From contig CAXXFL010000002.1 of the NCBI GenBank assembly GCA_963674965.2, forward strand, positions 64,001 to 128,000: a DNA stretch of 64,000 bases, given 5' to 3'. This document shows, one piece after another, positions 52,072 through 63,330 of the stretch (positions within the stretch are counted from its first letter, which is position 1; each line of letters starts with the position of its first letter). Under the pieces are notes generated by a model. That model ran no database searches and had not been told where the DNA came from. It saw nothing but the letters and a program-made list of their open reading frames with translations. The stretch is from a bacterium. GTDB taxonomy: Bacteria; RBG-13-61-14; DATKZS01. Position numbers and translations under genes: made by a program.

Positions 52072-52300
52072 CTAGCTCTTTCTTTCCTGTGAAGAAATTC
52101 CCTACAAAACTATGGAGCATTCCCTCAAACTTCTTGAATTGGGTCTGCAATTCTGATTCGTCAACCTGGGGAACTTTTTTATCTCGGAGGTGGGTTAGGT
52201 TCATGAACCAGTCTCGCATTCTCTTAAATTCCATCACGAGTCGCTGATTCACCTCCGCTTGAAAGGGTTCCTTGCGCATCAAGTATTCGCCGACATGCAA
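52043..52300 (-). pseudogene. C-terminal fragment of a hypothetical protein upstream of the 52071 gene
   Basis: Overlaps the start of the next minus-strand gene. 5' end coincides with the inversion junction. Confidence 0.5.
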
Positions 52301-52308
52301 TCGGCTTC

Positions 52309-52938
52309 GTGGGTGAAAGCGTTGAAGGCGAGGAAAAAATTCCAGAGGAAGTCGTGAACCGATTCAAGGCGCTATGGGATGTATACTGGGAAGGCTCGGG
52401 CAAGGAGGATGCCGAGGAAAAGCCCGATGCCTGTCTGTTCGGCACTTGGTTCTCATCCGGGCAGTTTCCGGAGCAGTGGGCGCTCGATCAACTTGAAAAT
52501 TTTGTGAACGTCGCCCAAACGCCGGAACCCGATCATGCAATTGTGGAACAGCTCGTAAAGGTATCTCAGGTAGACATCGTAAGAGCAGTCCGTATCCTTG
52601 ATCGGATGATCCGTGGTGATCGAGAGGGATGGCGCATACACGGATGGCAAGATTCAGCAATGCAGATATTAGAGGTGGCGATGAAGGCTGGCGGAGACGC
52701 ACGGACGCAAGCCGAGCAGGTCATCAACTATTTAGGACGACGTGGTTATCGCGAGTTCGGTGAACTGCTTACCCGCATGCACAAGGGCCGGAAGATCATG
52801 GTCAAGGTGCGGGACGACGGCTTCGAGTACGATGGACAGCTTTTCCGCTCGCTCACCGCCATCGCCAAGGAGATCACTGGCTCGCACTGGAACGGCTACG
52901 ATTTCTTCGGGCTGGGTGGAAACGGAGAGAGAAGTTGA
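52309..52938 (+). pseudogene. Fusion: C-terminus of a large hypothetical protein plus C-terminus of a DUF2924-like protein
   Basis: ...INYLGRRGYREFGELL|TRMHKG...DDGFEYDGQLFRSLTAIAKEITGSHWNG.DFFGL. Confidence 0.75.
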
Positions 52939-54514
52939 GCAGACGAACCAACAGCCCGGGCAACAAAGCCCGCCAGGATCAGACAATCGTGCGGTGCGCC
53001 GTCTACACCCGCAAGTCCACGGAAGAGGGCCTCGACCAGGAGTTCAACACACTGGACGCCCAGCGCGAGTCGGGTGAGCTCTATATCCAGAGCCAGAAGC
53101 ACGAGGGCTGGACCTGCATACCGGACCGCTACGACGACGGCGGCTTCTCCGGCGGCAACATAGAGCGCCCCGCGCTCAAGCGCCTGCTGGCCGACGTCGA
53201 GGCAGGCAAGGTCGACTGCATCATCGTCTACAAGGTTGACCGCCTCAGCCGCTCCATCCTCGACTTTGCCAGGCTCATGGAGACCCTTGAGCGCCACAAC
53301 GTCTCCTTCGTTTCGGTCACCCAGAAGTTTTCGACCACTGACTCCATGGGCCGCCTCACCCTCAATATGCTCCTCTCCTTCGCCCAGTTCGAGCGCGAGA
53401 TCATTGCCGAGCGCACCCGCGACAAGATGTCGGCCGCCCGGCGTAAGGGCAAGTGGATCGGAGGCATGCCGTCCCTCGGCTACGACGTGGACCCGCGCGG
53501 CGGCCGCTTGCTCGTGAACGAGGGCGAGGCCATCATGGTCCGCGCCATCTTCGAGCTTTACCTTGAGAAGCGCGCCCTCCTCCCCACGGTGCAGGAGTTG
53601 AACCGGCGCGGTTGGACCACCAAGCGATGGATCACCAAGAACGGCGGCGAGCGCGGCGGCAAGCCCTTCGACAAGGCGATCTTGTCCCGGATGCTCTCCA
53701 ACGTCATTTACCTGGGCAAGGTCAGCTTCCGGGGGGAACTCATCGAGGGCGAACACGAGGCCATCCTGAGCGAGGAGGTCTGGAACCAGGTCCAGGAGAC
53801 CAGGCGTCGCCACGTCGAAACCGGTGGGGCCACGGTCCGCACAAGACCGGCGCGCTCCTGAAGGGCTTGCTTTACTGCGGGCCCTGCGGCACGGCCATGA
53901 GCCACAAATGGACCGTCAACAAGAAACAGCAGTACTACCGATACTACGTCTGCACCACCGCCGAGAAGCGGGGCTGGGACTCGTGCCCGACCAAGTCGCT
54001 GCCCGCGCCCGCGATTGAGAGCTTCGTGGTAGAGCGTATCCGCTGCATCGGCGAGGACCCATCCCTGGTCGCCGAGACCCTCCACCAGGCCAGGGCGCAG
54101 AACAAGAAGCGGGTTGATGAGCTTGAGAGCGAGAAGAAGCTGTTGGAGGGCGAGTTGAAGCAGCTTGACGCCCAGGTCCGGAAGTTGATCGGAGGCATGA
54201 CTCCCGATGGCAACAACCCTCCCCAGACCACGGCCAAGCTCGCGGACCTCCAGGACCGCATCCGTTTGAACGAACAGCGGGCCACGAACACCCGCGCCCG
54301 CATCACCCAAATCATGGACCTCCTCCTCCTCGCTCCCGACATCCAGGAAGATATCCTCCTTTTGCCACGAACCGTAGGAGGACATGATTCTATAAATGAG
54401 CACAAATTGAGGGTTATAACGGGAACACCTTTCTGGAGCAAGCAAAGGATGATGTGGAAAAAAAGAGGAGACCAGCCAGCAACTGACAAGACCAGCAATC
54501 TCATGTTAAAATAG
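52935..54514 (+). pseudogene. Large serine recombinase, frameshifted at ~53841 and fused to the tail of its downstream gene
   Basis: RCAVYTRKST...DRLSRS intact. CGCACAAG vs CGCAACAAG in the paralog (1-bp loss). After ~54290 reads RARITQIMDLLLLAPDIQEDIL. Confidence 0.85.
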
Positions 54515-54554
54515 CCACCTAATTTTTTAAGCGAGTAACAAGGTAATGAAGGCA

Positions 54555-55031
54555 ATGAAGGACACGAACAAGACCAAGGCAGAGTTGATTGAGGAGCTTG
54601 TCAAGCTTCGCTAAAAGCTTGAAGCTCAGGAAAAGGCATCCAGGGCCAAAGTCTCCACGACTGATCGGGCGGGAACGGAGAAGCTCTCGCCCGCTGACTA
54701 TCTGGTCCTGGTGGTGGACGACAGCTCGGTGGTACGAAAGTCGATCAAGTAGGAATTGGCCAAGGCCGGTTACCGGGTCAGTCTCGTAGCAACCGGCCGG
54801 GAGGCGTTGGAGCAGCTCAAAGGCCAACCGGACCTGGTTCTGCTCGATCCACGGATGCCCGATATGGACGGCCTGGAAGTTCTCAAAAAGCTCCGCCGTG
54901 CCAAACCGGGACGGCCTGTGATCATGCTCGCCGCCGCCGCGGACCTCGACAGCCGGATCGACGCCTTCAAGGCCGGGGCGGACGACGTAGTCCCAACATC
55001 ACGGAGAGTAAACATTCTGAGATCGCCCTGA
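54555..55031 (+). pseudogene. Degenerate response-regulator/sensor gene
   Basis: MKDTNKTKAELIEEL start with internal stops, then receiver motifs LVVDD, PDLVLLDPRMPDMDGLEVL, AGADD. Confidence 0.75.
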
Positions 55032-55271
55032 GGGAAAGCTAGGCCCGGTTTCGCGCCTTGGTTTCTAATGTCAACGCGGGCGCCTTCATTTCCCGCCTCA
55101 ACGGGCAATTCCTTTTAGTCAACCGAAAGGTGGCCGGCTTGATACCGGATTTCGAGGACGCGGAGGTCATCCCGATGGACAAATAGGAACGCCGTTGACA
55201 CGGTTTTTTGATTCTGCCAGGATAATGCAAACGCGCAAGGGCTTCTATGGTAGAATTAGAAAAGGCAGTGG

Positions 55272-58200
55272 ATGACAAAAAGGAAATCGAAAGATAAGAA
55301 ATGTGACGATGCTCTTGTTTCCAGGGGAGACAAGACGGCATCAACATCCGGGATTGACGGGACGGCTGAATCAAATGCCGAAGGTTTTCCTATCGTCGGC
55401 ATTGGTGCATCGGCCGGTGGGCTGAAGGCGTTTGAAGAGTTTTTTTCGGGGATGCCTTCCGACTCGAATCCCGACATGGCCTTTGTCCTTGTGCAGCACC
55501 TTGACCCAAACCATAAAAGTATCCTCACCGAACTTGTCCAACGCTACACCCGCATGAAAGTGTTCGAGGTCGAAGACGGGATGAAGGTCGAGCCTAACTG
55601 TGCTTACATCATCCCCCCAAACCGAGAAATGGCTCTTTTCAAAGGTGAGCTGCAGCTACTGGAACCATCCGCTCCCCGCGGACAGCGTCTGCCGATCAAC
55701 TTCTTTTTCCGGTCCCTGGCCCAGGATCAACACGAACGGGCTATCGGCATTGTGCTTTCAGGCACCGGCAGCGACGGCTCCTTGGGGTTGCGTGACATAA
55801 AGGGCGAGGGCGGCATGGTGATCGCTCAATCACCTGAATCCTCCGAGTATGACGGGATGCCCAACAACGCCATCGCCACCGGCCTGGTGGACTACATCCT
55901 GCCCCCGGCACGGATGCCCGCTCAACTGATAGCTTTTACCAACCATCGCTTTGGCCTTCCTACTCGTATTTCCGAAGGTTCAATTTCCAAGTCAGAAAAT
56001 GCCTGGAAGAAAACCCTCCTCCTCCTGCATTCTCAGACCGGCCACGACTTTTCCGATTACAAGCCCAACACCATCCTCCGCCGGATTGGCAGAAGAATGG
56101 CGGTCAACCAGATCGAAACCATGGACGATTACGTCAAATTCCAGCAGCAGTCTCGGGATGAAGTGAAGGCGCTTTTTCAAGACCTGCTGATCGGAGTGAC
56201 CAGTTTTTTTCGCGACCCCGAAGCCTTCAAATCACTCGAAGAATCTGCCCTTCCCAAACTTTTCGCGACCAAGCCGCATGGCGGCTCGATCCGGGTTTGG
56301 TCGCCGGGATGCTCCACCGGCGAGGAAGCTTATTCCATAGCCATTCTCCTGCAAGAAAGAATAGAGGCTTTGGGAGTAAATTACGATGTCCAGATTTTCG
56401 CCACCGACATTGACAGCCGGACGATCGACACCGCCCGTGCCGGGCTGTATCCGGCCAGTATTGCCAGCGACCTTTCTCCGGAGCGATTGAAACGCTTTTT
56501 CACGGAGGAACCCGGCGGCGAAAGCTTCCGTGTCCATAAGCGTATCCGTGACCTGCTGATCTTTTCAGAACAGAACGTGATAAAGGACCCGCCCTTTTCC
56601 AAACTCGACCTGATCAGTTGTCGCAATCTCCTGATCTATATGGGCGGGGACCTCCAGAAAAAACTCATCCCCCTGTTTCACTATGCCCTTAACCCGGGCG
56701 GATTCCTGTTCCTGGGCACCTCGGAGACCGTTGGAGATTTCGGAGACCTATTTTCCGTGGTGGACCGAAAATCCAAGCTATACCAGCGCCGGGAAGGTTC
56801 CAACGTCGAACGGACGCTACTTAGGGTTATCCAACCGTCTCCTTTCCGGCAAGTGAGCGCGGCTCCGGCGAGTGGAAAGATAAAATCTCCCGCAAAGCAG
56901 CCAGTCCGCGAGCTGACCGAACAAACGATCCTGCAGCGCCTTTCCCCGGCCGCGGCCCTTGTCAACGGCGCGGGAGATATACTATACCTCCATGGCCGTA
57001 CCGGTCTCTATCTGGAACCAGCCCCCGGCGAGACCGGCGTGAACAATATTCTGAAAATGGCCCGCGAAGGTTTGCGCCGCGAACTGACCACGGCCCTGCG
57101 TCAAGCCGAGAAGAGCGGGGATACCGTGAGATACCAGGGACTGCGGGTTAAATCCAACGGAGATTATTCGCTAGTGTCCCTTACCGTTCTGCCGGTCGTG
57201 GCTGGCGCCGACGGCGCCATAAACGAGCCTTTGTACCTGGTGGCTCTGGAGAAATCTTCATCCGCCTCTCCCAAGGCGGAAAACGCTCGGAATGCCGACG
57301 CCGGCGTCGAAAATCAGGACTCCGATGAGGCTACCCAAATCGCGGCGCTCAAGCAGGAATTGCGGCTCAAGGAAGAATATCTCCAGGCCACTAACGAGGA
57401 ACTGGAGACCTCGAATGAAGAACTGAAGTCCTCCAACGAGGAGATGCAATCCGTGAACGAGGAATTGCAATCCACCAACGAGGAGTTGGAAACTTCAAAG
57501 GAAGAATTGCAATCGGTCAATGAGGAATTGTCCACGGTCAACGCCGAGTTGCAAACCAAAGTGGCGGACCTTTCGCGGACCAACAACGACATGAACAACC
57601 TGCTGGCCGGAACGGGCATCGGCACCGTCTTCGTGGATCACGGCCTTTGCATTATGCGTTTTACTCCCACCGCCACCAAGATGATCAACCTGATCTCCTC
57701 GGACGTGGGCAGGCCGGTGGGCCACATCGTTTCCAATCTTTTGGGATATGATCGCCTGGTCGAGGATGTGCGGGAAGTGCTCGATAGCCTGATCCCTAAA
57801 GAGATGGAGGTCCAATCCACGGAAGGCGCCTGGTACGCCATGCGCATTCAGCCCTACCGGACTTTGGAAAACGTGATCGAGGGCGCGGTAATCACCTTTA
57901 CGGACATCACCCGTGAAAAGAAAATCCAGGAAAAGCTGAGAGAGAGCGAAACAAAATTCCGCGGGCTCTTCGAGGGCGCTCCATTGGCGATGGCAATCCT
58001 GGAAACGGAGCTTGACCAAGATGGGGAAGCCGGGGACATTATCTTCCGAGCGATCAATACAGCATTCGAGCGCGAGACCGGCTTGCAGGGACTCAACATC
58101 CAGGGCAAGGGTCTGGCTCGGGTTTTCCAAAAGGTTGACATGAAAAATATGTTAGATGCTCTCGGAGCCGCCGCCTCAGTCTCCGAGCCGGTCACCTTCA

Positions 58201-58316
58201 GGCTGCTATCCGTCTCGACCCAAAAGAGCTATGCCGTCACGGCCTATCCGATCGCTCTAAACCAGTGCGCGGCTATTTTTAACCCTGAACCTAACTCCAC
58301 AAGCCAGGAACGGTAA
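55272..58316 (+). CDS. CheB methylesterase/CheR methyltransferase fusion with coiled coil and PAS domains
   Basis: IGASAGG, VQHLDP, LSGTGSDG, IGVTSFFRD, GCSTGEEAYS, CRNLLIY, NEELQSxNEEL repeats. Confidence 0.95.
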   Translation: MTKRKSKDKKCDDALVSRGDKTASTSGIDGTAESNAEGFPIVGIGASAGGLKAFEEFFSGMPSDSNPDMAFVLVQHLDPNHKSILTELVQRYTRMKVFEVEDGMKVEPNCAYIIPPNREMALFKGELQLLEPSAPRGQRLPINFFFRSLAQDQHERAIGIVLSGTGSDGSLGLRDIKGEGGMVIAQSPESSEYDGMPNNAIATGLVDYILPPARMPAQLIAFTNHRFGLPTRISEGSISKSENAWKKTLLLLHSQTGHDFSDYKPNTILRRIGRRMAVNQIETMDDYVKFQQQSRDEVKALFQDLLIGVTSFFRDPEAFKSLEESALPKLFATKPHGGSIRVWSPGCSTGEEAYSIAILLQERIEALGVNYDVQIFATDIDSRTIDTARAGLYPASIASDLSPERLKRFFTEEPGGESFRVHKRIRDLLIFSEQNVIKDPPFSKLDLISCRNLLIYMGGDLQKKLIPLFHYALNPGGFLFLGTSETVGDFGDLFSVVDRKSKLYQRREGSNVERTLLRVIQPSPFRQVSAAPASGKIKSPAKQPVRELTEQTILQRLSPAAALVNGAGDILYLHGRTGLYLEPAPGETGVNNILKMAREGLRRELTTALRQAEKSGDTVRYQGLRVKSNGDYSLVSLTVLPVVAGADGAINEPLYLVALEKSSSASPKAENARNADAGVENQDSDEATQIAALKQELRLKEEYLQATNEELETSNEELKSSNEEMQSVNEELQSTNEELETSKEELQSVNEELSTVNAELQTKVADLSRTNNDMNNLLAGTGIGTVFVDHGLCIMRFTPTATKMINLISSDVGRPVGHIVSNLLGYDRLVEDVREVLDSLIPKEMEVQSTEGAWYAMRIQPYRTLENVIEGAVITFTDITREKKIQEKLRESETKFRGLFEGAPLAMAILETELDQDGEAGDIIFRAINTAFERETGLQGLNIQGKGLARVFQKVDMKNMLDALGAAASVSEPVTFRLLSVSTQKSYAVTAYPIALNQCAAIFNPEPNSTSQER

Positions 58317-58364
58317 GATGAAGAATGTTAATGATGCGGCCTGGCAAGTAAATGGAGGCGATCG

Positions 58365-60062
58365 ATGGGAAGCAAGGATAATAAACCCGACGGCGCTGAA
58401 CTGAGACGACGGGCGGAACAGGCCGCGGCGGAAAGTGCCGATCAGACGCCGGCAAAGTTCGATACGTTATCCAAGGAGGAAACTCGGAGCATAATCCACG
58501 AACTTCGCGTGCATCAGATCGAACTGGAGATGCAGAATGAGGAGCTGCGCCGGGCTCAGGAGGAACTTGCAACCTCGCGGGCCAGGTATTTGGATCTTTA
58601 CGACCTGGCCCCGGTGGGTTATTGCACCCTGAGCGAAAAGGGTCTCATTCTTGAGGCCAACCTCACCCTGGCCGGGCTGCTGGGAAAGGTCCGATCAGAA
58701 TTGATCAAGCAGCCGATCACCCGGTTTATCCTTCCCGAGGACCAGGACATTTATTATCTGCATCGCAAGCGCCTTTTCGAAACCGGAGAGCCGCAGACCT
58801 GCGAGATGAGAATGCTGAACGCTGACGGCTCCGCCCTTTGGGCGATGCTTAAGGCCACCGCCGAACACGACGCGGCCGGCGCTCCCGGCTGCCGGGTTGT
58901 GATCAATGACGTCTCCGAGCGAAAAAGCTTAGAAGAAGAGCGCATAAAGAGCCAACATCTTGAATCCATCGGCTTTTTGGCGGGCGGCATCGCCCACGAC
59001 TTTAACAACATCCTAACCGGCGTCACGGCAAATCTTTCCATAGCCAAAATGGAACTGGAAGAAAACCGGGACCCCACGGAAAGCATCATCGACGCATTAA
59101 AGGCTTCCGACCGTGCCCGCATACTGACCCGCCAGTTACTCACTTTCGCCAGCGGCGGCGCCCCGGTGAAGGAGCTGACCTCGATCGGTGATCTTATTAC
59201 CGAGACGGTTGACTTCGTCAAGCGTGGATCGAAGGTCAAGTGCGACCTGGTGATATCCGATGAGTTGTCCGCGGTAAATGTGGACCCGGGCCAGATTAAC
59301 CAGGTCATCAATAATATCGTCATCAACGCCATTCAGGCCATGCCTGAGGGGGGCAATGTACTTGTTGAAGCTCGGAATGAAAAAATCAAGCAAGGAAATA
59401 CTCTTAATCTACCTGGCGGGGACTTCATTAAAATTGCCATTTCCGACAACGGACCAGGCATCAGTCCGAAAATCATTTCTCAGATATTCACCCCCTACTT
59501 TACTACCAAACAAAAAGGATCGGGGCTGGGGCTGGCCACCAGCTATACTATCGTCAAAAGGCACGGGGGCAATCTTACTGTTTACTCGGAATTGGGCAAA
59601 GGCTGTTCATTCACTATTTATCTGCCGGCTGACAAATCCGTGAAGGTGGGGGCTCCAAAGCCGAAAAAGAGCATCGTTAAAGGCAAGGGATCAATACTGT
59701 TGATGGACGATCAAGAGGTCATCATTCGGACTACTTCTCGAGCACTGATAAAGCTTGGGTACGAGGTCGAGTCAGCTTTTGACGGAGCCCAGGCTATTGA
59801 GAAATATAAAGCCCGCCTTCAGGCTGGAAACCCATTTGACGTGGTAATCATGGACCTGACCGTTCCCGGCGGCATGGGGGGCCAGGAGACGATCAAGGAA
59901 ATGAAAAAAATCGACCCCGACGTCAAGGCCATCGTCGCCAGCGGCTATTCCGAAGACCCGGTGCTGGCCAATTTCGAGGAGTACGGTTTCATGGGGATGG
60001 TGGCGAAGCCTTTCAGGCTTGAAGAACTCAGTCAGACCCTGGCATCAATTCTGGTTTCATAG
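58365..60062 (+). CDS. Hybrid sensor histidine kinase (PAS-HisKA-HATPase-REC)
   Basis: HELRVHQIELEMQNEEL, AHDFNNIL, DNGPGI, FTTK..GSGLGL, LMDD...MDLT.PGG. Confidence 0.95.
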   Translation: MGSKDNKPDGAELRRRAEQAAAESADQTPAKFDTLSKEETRSIIHELRVHQIELEMQNEELRRAQEELATSRARYLDLYDLAPVGYCTLSEKGLILEANLTLAGLLGKVRSELIKQPITRFILPEDQDIYYLHRKRLFETGEPQTCEMRMLNADGSALWAMLKATAEHDAAGAPGCRVVINDVSERKSLEEERIKSQHLESIGFLAGGIAHDFNNILTGVTANLSIAKMELEENRDPTESIIDALKASDRARILTRQLLTFASGGAPVKELTSIGDLITETVDFVKRGSKVKCDLVISDELSAVNVDPGQINQVINNIVINAIQAMPEGGNVLVEARNEKIKQGNTLNLPGGDFIKIAISDNGPGISPKIISQIFTPYFTTKQKGSGLGLATSYTIVKRHGGNLTVYSELGKGCSFTIYLPADKSVKVGAPKPKKSIVKGKGSILLMDDQEVIIRTTSRALIKLGYEVESAFDGAQAIEKYKARLQAGNPFDVVIMDLTVPGGMGGQETIKEMKKIDPDVKAIVASGYSEDPVLANFEEYGFMGMVAKPFRLEELSQTLASILVS

Positions 60063-60418
60063 TTGTAAGCCTGTAAGCCGCAATCCCATCCAACAAAAAA
60101 AAGAGGACAGTGTCATTTGACCTGCCCCCTTGGGTGGGTTGGTGGTTTATGCAAAAGGAACGTCACTCAGAACATCCTTCATCTTCTTCTCGGCGTCGAA
60201 GGTCTGACAGATTGTTTGGCCCGCGAACTGGAAGTTCATGGCCCGGAAGACCTCCTTTTTGTCCTGTTTGAGCTTGGCTCCCACGACCAGCCAACCCCCG
60301 TACCAATCTCTAACTCACTGATATTAAAGAAGCTCCGAAATATTTTAAATTTTTTATTTGCCCTTATGGGAATAAGTGCTATAATGTGTACATCCTCTGG
60401 CAAGAGGGTCATGAAGAG

Positions 60419-61073
60419 ATGAAGAAGATGAAGACACGGGGGCGGGGCCGGCCGCCCACTGAGGAGATCACAGAGCCGCAACGGAACACGCTGGCGGAGA
60501 TCAGTGACTTCCTCGCGGCCAAGGGTTTCCCGCCATCCATCAAGGAACTGTCCGAGATTCTCGGCATCTCGCAGATGAGCGTCCACGCCCAGGTGGAGCA
60601 ACTCATCCGCAAGGGATACCTGAAGCGGGAGCCAGGCAAGGCCCGCGGGCTCACCATACTCCGCGATCCGGACAGCCAGATCACCGAACTCATCTCCGTG
60701 CCAATTGTCGGCAAGGTCGCGGCGGGAGCGCCGATCCTGGCCGTGGAGCACATCACCGGCGAGATATTGATTGATGACAAGGCAGCGCGCTCGGGACGCT
60801 GTTTCGCGCTGGAAGTGTCCGGCGACAGCATGATCGACGCGGGCATAGCCGAAGGCGATCTCGTCATCGTCCGCCAACAGTCATTGGCGGAGAGCGGGGG
60901 ACATTGTTGTTGCCCTTTTGGAAGATGAAGCGACCGTGAAAAGGCTCTACGTTCGTGACGCTCGGATTGAACTTCGTCCGGAAAACCCCAAACACAGACC
61001 CATTCCCATCGGTCCTGATGACGATCTGCGCATCCTCGGCAAAGTAGTGGCGATCAGGCACTCCAAGGATTGA
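60419..61073 (+). pseudogene. lexA: LexA-like repressor with a +1 frameshift in a G run at 60896-60900
   Basis: PPSIKEL, GKVAAGAP, GDSMIDAGI, then continues in another frame DIVVALLEDEATVKRL...LRPEN...ILGKVV. Confidence 0.85.
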
Positions 61074-61211
61074 AGACGGGCCGCGCCCGGGCCGCCACCG
61101 GGAGCAGTCAAGATTCAATCCGGGTGTCCTGATTAGAGGTCTTTCCTGGTTCGTTGGTCGCGTAGCCAGGAAGGAGGAGTGTTTTCAGATTTCCAGAAGG
61201 GGGTGTGGAAA

Positions 61212-62402
61212 ATGGCAATGTTCAATCTTCGCAGGTTCTCGAATCCGGACGTGTTGAAGTCGGTAGGCCGCGAGCATTTGTTGGCGCTCCTCGCGCCGCA
61301 CCAGGAGTACCTCGCGCGGCGAGGGGTTACTCTGCCTCCGTTGCAGGCGGCCAACGGAATTGATTACGAGGGGCTGGTCGGGGTGTTCATGAGTCCGGGG
61401 ACGGACACTCCACGAGACCTGGCCAATGCGCTTTACCTGGTCCACGAGATGGCAACGCCGGGAGGGATGAACGATCTGCTGCTTGAGGCGGAGCGCAGGG
61501 GCATCGCCTTCACGAATCGAGAAGCGACTCCCGCCGATGTCGCGGTCCAGGCCTGGTTGCAATGCCCGGAGCTCCTCGAGAACAAACACGCCGAGCAACG
61601 GGGTCTGCGCCGGCGAGCGTTTGAATACTACCAGACCGACCGGAGTCCAGTCCCGTCATTCGATGAACCCACGAAGGAAACCTTGGGCGCACTCGAGCAG
61701 GACCTGGACAACTGGTTCGAACAGAAACAGCGGGGCCGGTGCAGCAAGGTGATCCTTCATTCCCACAACGACGAGGTCTGGTTTTTTGTCCGCCACGGCG
61801 ATCCGTTCAAGCGCGAGGGCTGCCTTGAGGACGGCAGGTCATCGTCGGTGTTCTACCGGCCAGAGAAGCACGATCTCCTGATCTACAGACCGGCCCTGGG
61901 CGAGGTCAGGATCAACGCGAGGACCAAGGCCGAGCGGGACATGTATCGCGGCAAGTTCGGGCATCACGTGTTCGGAGACGAGGCTTTCTTCCCTGGTGAC
62001 GGCAAGTATTCGCTCCGGCCTTTGATCCGCGACGGCGAGGCCTCGATGGTCTGCACCGACGTGGAAGGCATGGAGTGGGTGAAGCTCAAAGAGGTCCATT
62101 ACTTTTGGGGCGGCCCGATGCGCGAGATCGAGATCAGGAAGGCCGACGACTTGTTCGCGGCGCTGGCCATGCACCGTCGCGTGATCCCGCCCCAGGCGCG
62201 CATCCAGTCCGCGACCTTTCAGGTGAAGTTCGCGGATAGCCGGACGGCTCGGATCGTAACCATCAAACCATCCAACATCGCACAGTACACCAGAGACGAC
62301 GACAGTTCAATAATTGAGGACTGGCTCACCAAGCGTGGCTTTATTAATGCAGAAGGAAGTTATGGACATGTTGAAGCTCCAGCGCTTGTGGCGGTCTCTT
62401 GA
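61212..62402 (+). CDS. Hypothetical protein of the mobile element
   Basis: Long ORF with GC-biased codon use, overlapping the next gene. Confidence 0.75.
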   Translation: MAMFNLRRFSNPDVLKSVGREHLLALLAPHQEYLARRGVTLPPLQAANGIDYEGLVGVFMSPGTDTPRDLANALYLVHEMATPGGMNDLLLEAERRGIAFTNREATPADVAVQAWLQCPELLENKHAEQRGLRRRAFEYYQTDRSPVPSFDEPTKETLGALEQDLDNWFEQKQRGRCSKVILHSHNDEVWFFVRHGDPFKREGCLEDGRSSSVFYRPEKHDLLIYRPALGEVRINARTKAERDMYRGKFGHHVFGDEAFFPGDGKYSLRPLIRDGEASMVCTDVEGMEWVKLKEVHYFWGGPMREIEIRKADDLFAALAMHRRVIPPQARIQSATFQVKFADSRTARIVTIKPSNIAQYTRDDDSSIIEDWLTKRGFINAEGSYGHVEAPALVAVS

Positions 62403-63330
62403 GTCTGTCCCCTGCCTCGCGGACGTGACCTTCACCTGGAAGGCGCTCCTGGGGCCGGAGTACGAACTCGTGTCAAAGTTCCTTCGGCCCAATGGCATGC
62501 TGGCCCAGTCGGTCCCCTGCATGGCCAATCGCGACTGCGGTTGCGCTCACTTTGTGGTCGAGCACGCTCCCGATCATATCGTCGCCGTCTGCCAGTGCGA
62601 GCCGCAGCGGTGCGACACTTTTCCGATCACCAGGGCGGACACAGTCATCTATGAGGTGAACCGGTCCGCCCTGGGAGCAGCCGTGGCTTCGGCCTTGGGA
62701 ATAGAATACGAGGGCGAAGAAGCCAACGACTTGTATATGACCTTTAAGCTGGGGACCTACTCCCCCCTGTCCGGGTTCGAGTTCCCGGTGTTCATGACCA
62801 TTCAGCACGACCCCAACGATCTTCAGCAGGTGGTGGGGACGTTAATCGCGATGAGTGATTTTCCGATGGTCCTGCTGATCCCCACTCGGAGTATCTGCGG
62901 TCCAACAATCATGGCGATGGTTCAGCGCAGGGACGGCTGCGTCTTGGCCCTTGAAGATTTCATGGGACTATCAGAGGACGGGAGCCTTGTCGCCGACCCG
63001 CCCGTGGAGACGCTCCTGGCAAAGTTCAAGGCCCTCCACGTCCCCTCTACTGAAGACCAAACCGCCATGACCTTCTTCCCGACCCCGCCCGGCGCGACCT
63101 GGGAGAACGTGAGCATCCGGTTCGTTGACGGGCACAAGGTCGCGGTCAGGGTCAAGTCGGAGACCGGTGTGTTCAACTTCACCCAGATGGGCATGGCCAA
63201 CAGCAAGAACGGTGAGCCGACTGTGCAGTGGGAGTTGCTTCGATCATTTGCCGAGGAACAAGGGGAACTAACCTGGGCCAGCCGGAAAGCAGATTCCAAC
63301 AACAAGAAAAGGAAGGTTCAACGTATTTAA
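62362..63330 (+). CDS. Cys-cluster hypothetical protein, 3' end cut by ISL3
   Basis: PC...CGC.H...VC.C...C. Stop codon lies inside the IS terminal repeat. Confidence 0.7.
   Translation: MDMLKLQRLWRSLESVPCLADVTFTWKALLGPEYELVSKFLRPNGMLAQSVPCMANRDCGCAHFVVEHAPDHIVAVCQCEPQRCDTFPITRADTVIYEVNRSALGAAVASALGIEYEGEEANDLYMTFKLGTYSPLSGFEFPVFMTIQHDPNDLQQVVGTLIAMSDFPMVLLIPTRSICGPTIMAMVQRRDGCVLALEDFMGLSEDGSLVADPPVETLLAKFKALHVPSTEDQTAMTFFPTPPGATWENVSIRFVDGHKVAVRVKSETGVFNFTQMGMANSKNGEPTVQWELLRSFAEEQGELTWASRKADSNNKKRKVQRI

Noticed and set aside
60115-60150. TGACCTGCCCCC resembling an IS3-type end, next to a G-rich run
   Set aside because: No partner repeat or transposase nearby.
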